Assembly: GCA_965228475.1 (NCBI GenBank)
Contig: OZ245817.1
Location: forward strand, 192,001 to 256,000
Origin: Myxococcota bacterium
GTDB lineage: Bacteria; Myxococcota_A; UBA9160; JAFDDA01
Length of the DNA: 64,000 nt
Reading direction: 5' to 3'
The notes beneath the pieces are model-generated. The model worked only from the letters and a program-made list of their open reading frames with translations, searched no databases and was not told where the DNA came from. The translations under genes were made by a program, and so were the position numbers. This document shows, one piece after another, positions 38,841-49,073 of the stretch (position 1 is the stretch's first letter; the number at the start of each line of letters is the position of its first letter).

Positions 38841-40039
38841 TAGGCGAGGATCTCCTCGAGGATCCCCTCGCACTCGGGCTGGCTCATGTAGCGGGGCACC
38901 GGGTAGTTGAGATGCGCCTCGGCCAGGGCCTGCTTCGCGATCGCGGGGATGTCCTCGCGCTTCAGGGCCTCGAGCTGGTAGGGGATGCCGATCTCCGCCA
39001 TCAGCTTGCGGACGGCGCCGATGAACGCCTCGGCCTTGTCCGCCTGGCTCGCGCCCGGCAGGCCGACGAGGTCCGCGAGCTCGGCCAGCCGGGCCTCGGC
39101 CTCCGAGCGCGAGAAGTCGAGCACGTGGGGCAGCGCGATCGCGTTCGCCATGCCGTGGGGCGTCCCGTAGTACGCGCCGAAGGTGTGCGCGATCGCGTGG
39201 ACGTAGCCGACGCTCGTGCGCGTGAAGGCCAGGCCGGCGTAGTAGGAGGCCAGTGCCATTCCCTTGCGCGCGTCGAGGTCCGCGCCCTCGGCGCAGGCCC
39301 GGGGAAGGTTCTCGAAGATCAGCTTCACCGCGGCCCTGGCCCAGCGTTCGGTCTGGGCGGTGCTCGTGTTCGCGACGAAGGACTCGACGGCGTGGGTGAG
39401 GGCGTCCATGCCGGTGGCCGCGGTGATCGGCTGCGGCAGCCCCGCCATCAGCGACGGGTCGAGGGCCGCCATCGAAGGCAGGAGCTTCGGGTCGATGAAG
39501 AACTTCTTGGTGTGGGTCTTCGGGTCGGAGACCACGGCCGCGACGGTCACCTCCGAGCCCGTGCCCGCCGTGGTCGGGATGGCGTAGAGCGGGAGCGGCG
39601 CGTTGCGCACCTTCATCATGCCTTCGAGCTTGTGGGCGTCGCCGCCGTTGGTCGCCATGCCGCTGATCACCTTGGCGGCGTCCATGGGCGAGCCGCCGCC
39701 GAGGGCGAGAATCGCGTCGCAGCCTTCGCGTTCGAGCTGCGCGTGCCCGGCGTCGACCTGGTCGAAGTTCGGGTCGGGCTCGACGCCGTCGTAGACCGCG
39801 AAGTCGAGGCCCGCGCCCGAGAGGTTCTCGGTCACGCGGGCGACGATGCCGACCTTCGTGAGCCCGGCGTCGGTCACCACGAGCACCTTCTTGGCGCCGG
39901 TCTGGGCGATGGATTCGCAGAGCTGGGCGGTCGCGTTCTCGCCGATGAAGGTCATCGGCACGCGGTCCGGCAGGAGCTTCGAGAGCGGCTTGGCGACGGC
40001 GAGGCCGGCGCCGTGGAGGGCTTTCTTGAGGGTGAACAT
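38840..40039 (-). CDS. Iron-containing alcohol dehydrogenase
   Basis: GGGSPMD, PTTAGTGSE, GMDALTHAVE, VHAIAH and PHG motifs. Confidence 0.93.
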   Translation of the reverse strand: MFTLKKALHGAGLAVAKPLSKLLPDRVPMTFIGENATAQLCESIAQTGAKKVLVVTDAGLTKVGIVARVTENLSGAGLDFAVYDGVEPDPNFDQVDAGHAQLEREGCDAILALGGGSPMDAAKVISGMATNGGDAHKLEGMMKVRNAPLPLYAIPTTAGTGSEVTVAAVVSDPKTHTKKFFIDPKLLPSMAALDPSLMAGLPQPITAATGMDALTHAVESFVANTSTAQTERWARAAVKLIFENLPRACAEGADLDARKGMALASYYAGLAFTRTSVGYVHAIAHTFGAYYGTPHGMANAIALPHVLDFSRSEAEARLAELADLVGLPGASQADKAEAFIGAVRKLMAEIGIPYQLEALKREDIPAIAKQALAEAHLNYPVPRYMSQPECEGILEEILA

Positions 40040-40108
40040 GGCGGTTTCTCCTCGAGGGGTTGCCGAGAGCGCGCGCTCGGCCCCGAAGCGGCCGGGCGAG
40101 CCCCGATG

Positions 40109-41476
40109 CTACTCGACGTAGCCCAGTTCGCGAAGGCGCTCGCGCAGCGCCGGGTCGAGCTCGACGTTCTCCTTCGAGCGCCAGTCGAGGCCCCCGGCGT
40201 GCCGGCGGACGGCGGCCTCGCGCGCGTCGAGCAGGGCGCGGCGTCCGGCCGAGAGCGGGCGGGGGGATTGCTCGTTCGGATCGCTCTCGAGGTCGAACTC
40301 CGCCGCGGCGCCCGTCTTCCGGTTGACGAGGGCCTTCCAGCCGTCTCCGCGCAGGGCGGCCTGGGAGCGGAGCGTCAGGAGCTTGGCTCCGCCCGAGGGC
40401 GGCGGCCCTCCCGCGAGGTGGGGCGAGAGGTCCCGGCCGAGCGCCTCGGGCAGGGGCGGCAGGCCGGCCAGGCCGAGGAGCGTCGGCGCGACGTCGTCGA
40501 GCCCGATGACGGCGTCCGAACGCGAACCCTCCGGGATCACCCCGGGCTGCACCCACACGAACGGCACGCGGACCGACGTCTCGAAGAGGTTCCGGAAGTG
40601 ACCCTTCTGTCCGTGCTCGAAGAACTCGTCGCCGTGGTCGGACACCAGGGCGAGGACGGTCGCGCTTCCCTGGGCTTCGATCACCTGGAGGAGCGGGGCG
40701 AGCTGCTCGTCGAGCCAGCGGATCTCGCCGTCGTAGCGTGCCCGGAGGTGTTCCAGATCGCGCGGGTCCATGTCGGCCGAGATCGCGTCGTTGTGCTCGA
40801 AGTTCGTGACGTCGAGGTCGCCGTCGTAGTCCGGGTCGAACATCCGGTCGTAGGGGGCCGGCGGAACGTAGTCGTAGTGGACGTCCCAGAGATGGACGAA
40901 CAGGAAGTACGGGCGTGCATCGCCCGCGCCCGCTTCGAGCCAGGCGAGGGCGTTCCCGACGACCTGGGGCGCGGTCTCGTCGGCGTGGGAGTCCGCGTGG
41001 GCATCGAGGGTCGGCGGGAAGCTCGCGCCCCCGCCCTGGTAGTTCTCGTAGCGCTCGAAGCCCCGGTCGAAGCCGTAGGCGCGGTGCAGGAACGGGGCGG
41101 AGACGAACCCCGCCGTCCGGTAGCCCGCTTCCCGGAGGTGCTCCGCCAGGAGCTGCCGCTCCGGATCGATCCGGTCCGACGGCGTCGCGACGCGGTGGCC
41201 CGGAATCGGCAGGCCCGTCATCAGGGTCACGTGGCTCGGGAGCGTCCAGGACGTCGGCGAGACGGCCTGGGTGAAGACCATGCCGCGTTCGCAGAGCCCG
41301 TCGATGGCGGGGCTCGTCGGACGTTCTGCGCCGTAGCAGCCGAGGCCGTCGGCGCGCAGGCTGTCGATCGAGATGAGGACGAGGTTCGGGCCCGAAGGCA
41401 CGGGTTCCGCCGTGCAGGCGAGGAGCGCGAGCAGTGACAGGGGCACGAGCGAGGCGAAGCGAGCGCGGAGGAACAC
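40109..41476 (-). CDS. Sulfatase-like (alkaline phosphatase superfamily) lipoprotein
   Basis: Lipobox LLAC; ISIDSLRAD, WTLPSH, SDHGDEF and DVAPTLL motifs; C-terminal LRELGY. Confidence 0.85.
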   Translation of the reverse strand: MFLRARFASLVPLSLLALLACTAEPVPSGPNLVLISIDSLRADGLGCYGAERPTSPAIDGLCERGMVFTQAVSPTSWTLPSHVTLMTGLPIPGHRVATPSDRIDPERQLLAEHLREAGYRTAGFVSAPFLHRAYGFDRGFERYENYQGGGASFPPTLDAHADSHADETAPQVVGNALAWLEAGAGDARPYFLFVHLWDVHYDYVPPAPYDRMFDPDYDGDLDVTNFEHNDAISADMDPRDLEHLRARYDGEIRWLDEQLAPLLQVIEAQGSATVLALVSDHGDEFFEHGQKGHFRNLFETSVRVPFVWVQPGVIPEGSRSDAVIGLDDVAPTLLGLAGLPPLPEALGRDLSPHLAGGPPPSGGAKLLTLRSQAALRGDGWKALVNRKTGAAAEFDLESDPNEQSPRPLSAGRRALLDAREAAVRRHAGGLDWRSKENVELDPALRERLRELGYVE

Positions 41477-41537
41477 GCGAAGAAGACTATCAGAGCCCGG
41501 CTCGGAAGTTGTGCTTTGGCCCCCGGCCTGGTCCGGG

Positions 41538-43040
41538 CTAGAAGCTCGCGCGTTCGTACTCGCTGGGCCGGAAGCGGCGCGCGCGCAGCACGTACTCGCT
41601 CGCGAGCCCCGGGAAGAGTGCGTGGTTCCCGCCGCCGTCCGCCAGGTACCAGCTGTTGCAGCCCGACGCCCAGCTCGTGTGCGGCATGCGCTTCTGGAGG
41701 CTCTCGTTGTAGGCGTCCTGGACGTCCTGTTTCACGTCGAAGTACTTCACGCCTTCGCGCAGCAGACGCCGGATGGCCTGGAGCGCGTAGCCGATCTGGG
41801 CCTCGGTGTAGACGAGCACCGAAGTGTGTCCCGGCCCGGTGTTCGGCCCCATCATGATGAACCAGTTCGGGAAGCCCGAGACCGTCATGCCCTTGTAGGC
41901 GACGGCGCCGCCCTGCCAGGCCTCGTCGAGGGTGCGGCCGCCTCGCCCGAACACGGGGAAGGGTGCGCTCGTGATGCCGAGCTCGAAGCCCGTCGCCAGC
42001 ACGATCGCGTCGAGGTTCCGCTCCTTCCCGTCCTCCGTGCGGATGCCGCGCTCGGTCACGGTCTCGATGCCCTCGGTCACGAGCTCGACGTTCTCGCGCT
42101 CGAAGCAGGGCCAGTAGTCGTTCGAGATCAGGATGCGCTTGCAGCCGAACTGGAAGCTCGGACGGAGCTTCTTGCGAAGCTCCGGGTCCTTCACGCTCTC
42201 TTTCAGATGGCGGAGCGAGCCAGCCTCGCCGATGCCCGAGAGCCGCTTCGAGTTCGAGATCACGAGGGGCCCCATCATCTCGGAGAGCCCGAACAGGAGC
42301 CATCGATAGGCGCGCTGGAGCGCCGGGAAGCGGCGGAAGCGCGCCTTCATCTTCTCGCTGAGGGAGAAGTTCCGCTTGGGCAGGACCCACGCGGCCGTGC
42401 GTTGGAAGACCGAGAGCGAGCCGACCTCCGAGGCGATGCCCGGCACGACCTGGACGGCGCTCGCCCCCGTTCCGATCACGCCGACGTCCTTGCCCGAGAG
42501 GTCGTACTCGTGGTTCCAGCGCGCCGTGTGGAAGAGTTCGCCGCCGAAGTCCTCGAGGCCCGGGATGTTCGGGTAGGCCGGGTCGACGAGCCCGCCGACA
42601 CCGGAGATCACCGCCCGCGCGCGCAGGGTCTCGCCGTCGTTCGTCCGAAGCGCCCAGGTGCCCGTCTCTTCTTCGAAGCGCGCCTCGACGATCTCGGTCT
42701 TCATGCGCAGGTGCGGTCCGAGGCCGTACTTCTCGGCGCAGTGGACGAGGTAGGCCTGGATCTCGCGCGAGCCCGAGAACGACTGCGACCAGTTCGGGTT
42801 GAGCTCGAAGGAGAAGGAGTAGACGTGGGAGGGCACGTCGCAGGCCGCGCCCGGGTAGGTGTTGTCGCGCCAGGTGCCGCCGACTTCCTCGGCGCGTTCG
42901 ATCACGACGAAGTCGTCGATGCCGGCCTTCTTCAGCTGGATGCCGGCACCGATGCCGGCGAAGCCGGCGCCGATCACGATGACGGAGTACGGGGAGGCCG
43001 GGCTCGGCGAGGACTCGGCGGGGGGCGTTGTCGGGCTCAC
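41538..43040 (-). CDS. Flavin-containing (Baeyer-Villiger-type) monooxygenase
   Basis: GAGFAG, GGTWRDNTYPG, FGGELFHTARW and GTGAS motifs. Confidence 0.92.
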   Translation of the reverse strand: MSPTTPPAESSPSPASPYSVIVIGAGFAGIGAGIQLKKAGIDDFVVIERAEEVGGTWRDNTYPGAACDVPSHVYSFSFELNPNWSQSFSGSREIQAYLVHCAEKYGLGPHLRMKTEIVEARFEEETGTWALRTNDGETLRARAVISGVGGLVDPAYPNIPGLEDFGGELFHTARWNHEYDLSGKDVGVIGTGASAVQVVPGIASEVGSLSVFQRTAAWVLPKRNFSLSEKMKARFRRFPALQRAYRWLLFGLSEMMGPLVISNSKRLSGIGEAGSLRHLKESVKDPELRKKLRPSFQFGCKRILISNDYWPCFERENVELVTEGIETVTERGIRTEDGKERNLDAIVLATGFELGITSAPFPVFGRGGRTLDEAWQGGAVAYKGMTVSGFPNWFIMMGPNTGPGHTSVLVYTEAQIGYALQAIRRLLREGVKYFDVKQDVQDAYNESLQKRMPHTSWASGCNSWYLADGGGNHALFPGLASEYVLRARRFRPSEYERASF

Positions 43041-43158
43041 GGGGGCTCCAAGGGCGCGCTCGGCACTCTATCCGCTCTCGTGGTTCGCTGCCGCCGTTTT
43101 CTCCCCGCGAGCGTTCAGGGCGCGCCCGAGGGCCCGGCATCCTGAGATAGGCTTCGGC

Positions 43159-44241
43159 ATGGCCGAAGCCCCGAGCGAGAGTGAATCCCCGAGCGAAGCC
43201 GAACCCGTCCGCTGGGCCGAGCCGGTCGCCGCCTCCCGCGACGACGCGGAGGTGCTCACGGAAGCCTCCGTCGCGAGCTGGCGCGAGGCGGGCTTCACGC
43301 TCGTCGATGGCGTCCTCCCGCGGAGCCTGCTCGAGGAACTCGCGGCCGAAGCGGCGCGGCGCTACCCGGAAGCCGGCACGCCCGAAGCCGATGCGCGCCG
43401 CGATTTCGGAAGCGGCGGGGCCCTGGTCTTCCCGTCCGAGTGCGACGCGCTGAACGCGGTGACGCTCCATCCCCGCCTGCTGCGGGCGGTTGCGCGCCTG
43501 CTCGGCACGACGCCTCGCGAGCTTCGCCTCACCCAATCGGACCTCTGGCCGAAGTACGGCTACGCTCGCAGCGGGTCGCACCGCGACAACGCCGACCAGC
43601 GCATCCACGTCGACTACCCGAACCATACGCTCGTCCACCCGCCGCCCTGGCACGCGCCGGAAGCGGTCGAGATCATCCTCTACCTGAGCGACGTCGAGGC
43701 GTGCGGGGGCGCGACGGCGGTAGTTCCGCGCCGCGGAGACGGCGATCCGGCGTACCCCTGGCCCATCGTGAAGACGCCGGGGGTCGGCCGTCTGCTCTAT
43801 CGCAACGATCGGGCTTCCGCCGAGGCCTACCTCGAGGCGGAGGACCCGGCCGCGGCGGCGTTTCGCCGCGAGCACCTCTACCCGCGCGAGCGGCGCGCGC
43901 GCTTCGGGTTCGGGAGCGTCCTCTTCTACCGTCACGATACCTGGCACCGCGGGACGCCCCTGCGTCCGGGAACGCGCCGGTTCGCCCAGAACCTGACCTT
44001 CCGCAGGGCCGGGAGCGAGTGGATCAGCACGCTCCACTCGGGCTGGGCCTGGAGCATGTATCGCGAGAGTCAGCGCATGGAGCGGCTCGTCGCCGCGGCG
44101 ACGGTCGACCAGCGCTGCGTGCTCGGCTTCCCTCCGCCCGGCCATGCCTACTGGACGCCCGAAACGCTCGACGCCGTCGAAGCGCGCTACGGACCGCTCG
44201 GGATGGACATGGAGCCGTATCGGAAGGCGTCCTCGTTCTAG
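43159..44241 (+). CDS. Phytanoyl-CoA dioxygenase (PhyH)-like Fe(II)/2OG oxygenase
   Basis: WREAGFTLVDGVL; HVD...H facial triad (IHVDY, WHRG); GGATAVVP. Confidence 0.75.
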   Translation: MAEAPSESESPSEAEPVRWAEPVAASRDDAEVLTEASVASWREAGFTLVDGVLPRSLLEELAAEAARRYPEAGTPEADARRDFGSGGALVFPSECDALNAVTLHPRLLRAVARLLGTTPRELRLTQSDLWPKYGYARSGSHRDNADQRIHVDYPNHTLVHPPPWHAPEAVEIILYLSDVEACGGATAVVPRRGDGDPAYPWPIVKTPGVGRLLYRNDRASAEAYLEAEDPAAAAFRREHLYPRERRARFGFGSVLFYRHDTWHRGTPLRPGTRRFAQNLTFRRAGSEWISTLHSGWAWSMYRESQRMERLVAAATVDQRCVLGFPPPGHAYWTPETLDAVEARYGPLGMDMEPYRKASSF

Positions 44242-45188
44242 ACGTGATTGCGGAGCATGAGCTCCTTCGGATGGGGCTCGAGGTAGGTCTGCCCGGCGAG
44301 GTACTCGACGCCGAGCTTGCGCGCGTAGTGTCCGACGAGGCTCACGGGAACGACGAGCGGGATGATGCCGTCGTGATAGTCCCGGATCAGGCCGGCGATC
44401 TCCTCGCGCGAGGGCGCGTCGAGGCCGTCGCGGAAGTACCCGAGCATGTGCTCGAGCACGTTGCGGTTGCGGCCGGGGGTCGCGCGCTTCGCGAGGGCGT
44501 TCATGAAGGTCGTCTCGTAGGTCTCGCGCAGCTCGGCACGCGGCGTGGTCTTGGCGGCGGCGACGATCCGCCCGAGCTCGCGATAGGCCGCGGGCGAGTG
44601 GGCCATGAGCTGGAGCTTGTGGGCCGTGTGGAAGGCCACGAGCCGCCCCGTCGTCCAGCGTCCGGCGAACAGGTCGCGCAGGCGGCGGTAGGCGAAGATG
44701 CGCTCGATGAAGTTCTCGCGCAGCGGCGGATCGTTCAGGCGCCCCTCTTCTTCGACCGGCAGGAGCGGGAGCCGGCGCATCAGGGCCGCCGCGAACAGGC
44801 CGCGGCCGTCGCGTTTCGCCATGCCGCCCTTTCCGTAGACCCGGACGCGCGCCATGCCGCAGGAGGGCGAGTCCTTCTTCAGCACGTACCCGCACAGGTC
44901 GAGCTTCGCGAGGGCCGCCGTGCGCGGGCCGCTGAAGCGCTCCATCGCGCGGGTGTGGTCCTCGCCGCTCTTCGTGCCGACGAGCCGCGGTGCCTCCGGG
45001 TCGCCCGCCAGGCGGATCGGTTCGCGGGGAATGCTCATGCCCGCTTCGACCTCGGGACACACGGGCACCCACTCGACGAAGCGTCCGAAGGTTCCGGTCA
45101 GGAAACGGTCGTGCTTGTGGCCCCCGTCCCAGCGGACTTCCTGTCCGAGCAGGCAGGAGGAGATGCCGACGAGGATCGGGGCGCTCAC
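44238..45188 (-). CDS. ybgA: DUF523/DUF1722 (YbgA-like) protein
   Basis: VGISSCLLG, VCPEVE, KKDSPSCG, EEEGRL and ELMLRNHV motifs; overlaps the photolyase stop. Confidence 0.9.
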   Translation of the reverse strand: MSAPILVGISSCLLGQEVRWDGGHKHDRFLTGTFGRFVEWVPVCPEVEAGMSIPREPIRLAGDPEAPRLVGTKSGEDHTRAMERFSGPRTAALAKLDLCGYVLKKDSPSCGMARVRVYGKGGMAKRDGRGLFAAALMRRLPLLPVEEEGRLNDPPLRENFIERIFAYRRLRDLFAGRWTTGRLVAFHTAHKLQLMAHSPAAYRELGRIVAAAKTTPRAELRETYETTFMNALAKRATPGRNRNVLEHMLGYFRDGLDAPSREEIAGLIRDYHDGIIPLVVPVSLVGHYARKLGVEYLAGQTYLEPHPKELMLRNHV

Positions 45189-46594
45189 CGGGCGCCCTTC
45201 GCTCGCGCGGCTTCGTAGCGCTCGAGCGCGAGGCCGCGGCGTTCGGCGTGGTCGACGAGGGGCGGGGGGTAGTCCGGCGCGAGCATCGGAGCCTTCCAGG
45301 GTTCGTGGACGCCCTTGCCTTCGAAGTTGCCGAGCTCCGGCACCCAGCGCCGCACGTATTCTCCCTCGGGATCGTAGCGCTGGCCCTGGAGCGTCGGGTT
45401 GAAGATCCGGAAGTAGGGCTGGGCGTCGGTGCCGGTCGAGGCGGCCCACTGCCAGCCGCCGTTGTTGTTCGCCGGATCGCCGTCGACGAGCTGCCGGAAG
45501 AAGAAGCGCTCGCCTTCGCGCCAGTCGACGAGCAGGTCCTTGGTCAGGAAGCTCGCCACGATCATCCGCACGCGATTGTGCATCCAGCCCGTGGCCGCGA
45601 GCTGCCGCATGCCCGCGTCGACGATCGGAAACCCCGTCCGTCCCTCGCACCAGGCGCGAAAACCCTCGGCATCGTCTTCCCAGACGAGCGCGTCGTACTC
45701 TCGCCGATGGTTGTGCCGCAGCACGTGGGGGTGGCTCGCGAGGATCGCGTGGTAGAAATCCCGCCAGACGATCTGGTCGATCCACTTGTAGAGATGCGGC
45801 CCCGCATCGCGATGCTCGCGGATCGCCTCCTTCGCCGCGGCGACGCACGTGCGCGGCGAGAGCACGCCGAATCGCAGGTAGGGAGAGAGCCGGGAGGTGC
45901 CGTCCTCGGCCGGCGCATCCCGTCCCTCGCCGTAGCGCCGGCCGGGGCCGTCGAGGAAGCGCACGAGCCGGCGCTGGGCCGCCGTCTCTCCTCCGGTCGG
46001 TAGCTCCTTCGGCCCCTCGGCCGGTGCCTTCGCCGCGAGCTGCCGGGCATCGACCGCCCCGGGAACCTTGCCGCGGAAGCCCGGCAGCCGCGGTCGGCGG
46101 CTCGGGTCCGGCGAGTCGGCGAGCCGTTCGTACCAGGACTTCCGGAACGGGGTGTACACCGAGTAGGGCTTGCCACTCCCCGTGCGCAGCTCGTCGGCGT
46201 CGAAGACGACGCGGTCCTTGGTCCGGCGGACGTCGATGCCGGTCTTCCCGAGCCGCCGCTCGACCTCCGCGTCGCGTGCCTTCGAGAACGGGGCGTAGTC
46301 CTCGTTCCAGAAGACGCGGTTCGCGCCGAGCTGCTCCGCAATGCGCGGCACGACCTCCCGCGCCTCGCCCTCGAACAGGGCGAGCCGGGATCCGGCCTCG
46401 CGCAGGTCTTCCGCCAGACGGCCGAGACAATCGATCAGGAGACGCGTGCGCGCCGGACTCGAGTGCGGCCCCGAGAGCAGCCGCGGTTCGAGCACGAAGA
46501 CGCAGAGCAGCTCCTCCGCGCTGCGCGCCGCGGCGGCCAGGGCCGTGTTGTCGCGCAGCCGGAGATCGTTCCGGAACCAATGGATCGCTCGCAC
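45185..46594 (-). CDS. phrB: Deoxyribodipyrimidine photolyase (class I CPD)
   Basis: WFRNDLRLRDN, TSRLSPYLRFG, TGWMHNRVRM and NNNGGWQW motifs. Confidence 0.95.
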   Translation of the reverse strand: MRAIHWFRNDLRLRDNTALAAAARSAEELLCVFVLEPRLLSGPHSSPARTRLLIDCLGRLAEDLREAGSRLALFEGEAREVVPRIAEQLGANRVFWNEDYAPFSKARDAEVERRLGKTGIDVRRTKDRVVFDADELRTGSGKPYSVYTPFRKSWYERLADSPDPSRRPRLPGFRGKVPGAVDARQLAAKAPAEGPKELPTGGETAAQRRLVRFLDGPGRRYGEGRDAPAEDGTSRLSPYLRFGVLSPRTCVAAAKEAIREHRDAGPHLYKWIDQIVWRDFYHAILASHPHVLRHNHRREYDALVWEDDAEGFRAWCEGRTGFPIVDAGMRQLAATGWMHNRVRMIVASFLTKDLLVDWREGERFFFRQLVDGDPANNNGGWQWAASTGTDAQPYFRIFNPTLQGQRYDPEGEYVRRWVPELGNFEGKGVHEPWKAPMLAPDYPPPLVDHAERRGLALERYEAARAKGAR

Positions 46595-46655
46595 GCCCGT
46601 AGGCTAGCTCGCGCGCCCGGGCCGTCCCCTGCGCCGCACCGTCCGCACGGCCGGC

Positions 46656-47321
46656 CTACCAGGTGTCGACGTGGGTGACCTTCTCGAGCGGTTGCCGCCG
46701 CGCCGGCCGGAAATCCGTCCCCCGCGTGTACGCGCAGGGGATCAGGGCGACCTGCATGACCTCGTCGTAGGGGATGCCGAGGAGTTCGGCGACGGTCTTC
46801 TCGTGGATCAGGTGGAGGGTCGTCCAGGCGGTGCCGATGCCGCGCTCGCGGGCCGCGAGCATGAAGCTCCACGCCGCCGGGATGATCGATGCGTAGACGC
46901 TCGCCTGGGCGATGTTCGCCATCGGGCCCGTCACCGAGTCCGTCCGGCCTTCGACGCAGGGAATGAGGAAGACCGGCGCGCGGCGCAGGTTCTGCGCCAG
47001 GTACTCGGCCGAATCGATCACCCGCTCCTGCTGCGCGCGCTCGGCGTCGCTGCGTCCTTCGGCGATGGCGTGCGCGGACTGGGGCATCTTGCGGTAGACG
47101 TCGAAGGCGGCCTCGTAGAGATCCGCGATCTTGCCGCGCTTCTCCGCATCGGTGACGAGTACGAAGTGCCAGCCCTGGGCGTTCGACCCGGTCGGGGCCT
47201 GGAGCGCGAGCTGGAGGCACTCGTTCACGACGTCGAGCTCGAGGGGCCGGTCGAAGTCGAGCCGCTTGCGCACGGCGCGGGTCGTGGCGAGCACCTGGTC
47301 TGCACTGAGTCCGAGTTTCAT
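46656..47321 (-). CDS. Nitroreductase family protein
   Basis: TTRAVRKRL, QAPTGSNAQGW and LAARERGIGTAWTT motifs. Confidence 0.9.
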   Translation of the reverse strand: MKLGLSADQVLATTRAVRKRLDFDRPLELDVVNECLQLALQAPTGSNAQGWHFVLVTDAEKRGKIADLYEAAFDVYRKMPQSAHAIAEGRSDAERAQQERVIDSAEYLAQNLRRAPVFLIPCVEGRTDSVTGPMANIAQASVYASIIPAAWSFMLAARERGIGTAWTTLHLIHEKTVAELLGIPYDEVMQVALIPCAYTRGTDFRPARRQPLEKVTHVDTW

Positions 47322-47379
47322 GGGGTCCTCTCGGTTCGTCGTTTCCCGTTCGGGGCCTAGCCTACAATCGCGGGTCGCG

Positions 47380-48315
47380 ATGAGCATCCGGATTCGACGC
47401 CTGCCCGGCAATCCGATCCTCCGGCCCGGCATGGACGCCCGCATGGGGGAGAACCTGAACGGACCCTCCCTGGTGCGCGTGCCCGACTGGGTCGAAGGCC
47501 GCCTCGGCCGCTACTACCTCTACTTCGCCGATCACCAGGGAACCTACATCCGACTCGCCTTCGCGGACCGGATCGAAGGGCCGTGGACCGTGCACGAACC
47601 GGGGACGCTGCGCCTCGAGGACTCGCTCTTCCCGGCGAGCCGCGCGGCGCTGACCGGCGGCGACGCGGATCTCGAGCGGCTCTACGAGGCCGGCTTCCTC
47701 TATTGCCACATCGCCTCGCCCGACGTCCACGTCGACGAAGAGGCCCGGCGCTTTCGCATGTACTACCACGGTTGGCACGAGGATCGGCGTCAGCTCACCC
47801 GGGTGGCGCTCTCCCGCGACGGGCTCCACTTCGAGGCGCGGCCCGAGATCCTCGGCAATCCGTACTGGCGTGGCTTCCACCACCGGGGCGCTCACTACGG
47901 CATGGTGATGCCGGGCTGGATCCTGCGCTCACAGGATCCGCTCGGCGGCTACGAGCTCGGGCTGCAGCTCTTCCCGGACGAAATGCGCCACGCCGCCCTG
48001 CGCGTCGAGGGCGACGAACTCCAGGTGTTCTGGACGCGCGTCGGGGATGCGCCCGAACGGATCCTGCTCTCACGGGTGACGCTCGAGGGCGATTGGCGAA
48101 CCTGGTGCGCGGGCGCCGAGGAGCCGGTCCTTCGTCCCGAGACGGAGTGGGAGGGGGCACACCTGCCGAACGAACCCTCGGTGCGCGGCTTCGCGCCGAC
48201 GCCCGCGAACCAGCTGCGCGATCCGGCCCTGTTCGAAGAGGAAGGTCGCCTCTGGCTGCTCTACTCGGTCGCGGGCGAACGCGGCATCGCGATCGCGGAG
48301 ATCGAGTCGCTCTAG
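47380..48315 (+). CDS. Five-bladed beta-propeller glycosidase-like protein (GH43/32/68 clan-like)
   Basis: NPIL, YYLYFADH, HIASPDV, SRDGLHF and LRDPALF motifs. Confidence 0.65.
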   Translation: MSIRIRRLPGNPILRPGMDARMGENLNGPSLVRVPDWVEGRLGRYYLYFADHQGTYIRLAFADRIEGPWTVHEPGTLRLEDSLFPASRAALTGGDADLERLYEAGFLYCHIASPDVHVDEEARRFRMYYHGWHEDRRQLTRVALSRDGLHFEARPEILGNPYWRGFHHRGAHYGMVMPGWILRSQDPLGGYELGLQLFPDEMRHAALRVEGDELQVFWTRVGDAPERILLSRVTLEGDWRTWCAGAEEPVLRPETEWEGAHLPNEPSVRGFAPTPANQLRDPALFEEEGRLWLLYSVAGERGIAIAEIESL

Positions 48316-48322
48316 CGCGCGC

Positions 48323-48946
48323 CTAGCGGCGGCGTCGCAGGCCGGCGGCGAGGAGGCCCGAGGCCGCGAGCCACGCGAGCGCCGGTTCCGGCACGGGCCG
48401 GAAGGCCGATTCGAAGATCTCGATCGAGACGTCGACGGGGCCTTCGGCGATCTGGAGATCGAGGTAGCCGCGGTAGGGGCTGCCGTCCGGGATCTCGAAG
48501 AAGAAGCCCGCGAAGCCGCGGTCCACGAAGGCGGTGTAGCCGTCCTCGCTCCAGAGCAGTGAGCTCCCGGGCGCCGCGACGGTCGGGGCGGCGGCGCCGA
48601 GCACGCCGTCGGCGTCGGCGAAGAAGCTCACGGCGCCGGGGGTGCCGAGGACTTCGTTGTTCATGCCGGCGACGGTCTGGGGCGTCAGGCGCAGCTCCCC
48701 GCCGTAGCCGATGCCGAGGTCGAAGCCCTCGAGGACGAGATCGGTCAGACCGTCGCCGTCGATGTCGAGCCCGACGCCGGCTTCGAGATCGTTCCGGTCG
48801 AAGACGCCGCTCTCCTGGCCGACCGTCCAGCCGGCGGGCGCCGCACCGGCGCTCCCCGCGCAGAGGGCGATGGCTCCGGCTGCGAGGGCCGTTCGGCGGA
48901 GCTTCCCGAGGAAGCGGCGGGTCTTTCGGTCGGATCTTCGGCGCAT
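48323..48946 (-). CDS. PEP-CTERM sorting domain protein
   Basis: Basic N-region plus signal peptide; DIDGDG motif; C-terminal VPEPALAWLAASGLLAAGLRRRR. Confidence 0.85.
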   Translation of the reverse strand: MRRRSDRKTRRFLGKLRRTALAAGAIALCAGSAGAAPAGWTVGQESGVFDRNDLEAGVGLDIDGDGLTDLVLEGFDLGIGYGGELRLTPQTVAGMNNEVLGTPGAVSFFADADGVLGAAAPTVAAPGSSLLWSEDGYTAFVDRGFAGFFFEIPDGSPYRGYLDLQIAEGPVDVSIEIFESAFRPVPEPALAWLAASGLLAAGLRRRR

Positions 48947-49073
48947 GACGGCTCCTGCAAGCGGTTCGTGTGCAGCTTCGGCTTCGAGGCAATTGGCGCC
49001 CGGCTTCCGGGCAATTGGCGCAGCTCCGCCTCTGGGCGATGCTCCGGAGGTGAGTGGGGGCCGGGGCGCGCTT

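Noticed and set aside
44238..46594. Photolyase + DUF523/DUF1722 pair as a novel system
   Set aside because: The ybgA-phr linkage is already known, for example in E. coli.
48947..48990. Sigma-54 promoter upstream of the PEP-CTERM gene
   Set aside because: TTGC is present, but the GG at -24 is missing and the site abuts the SD.
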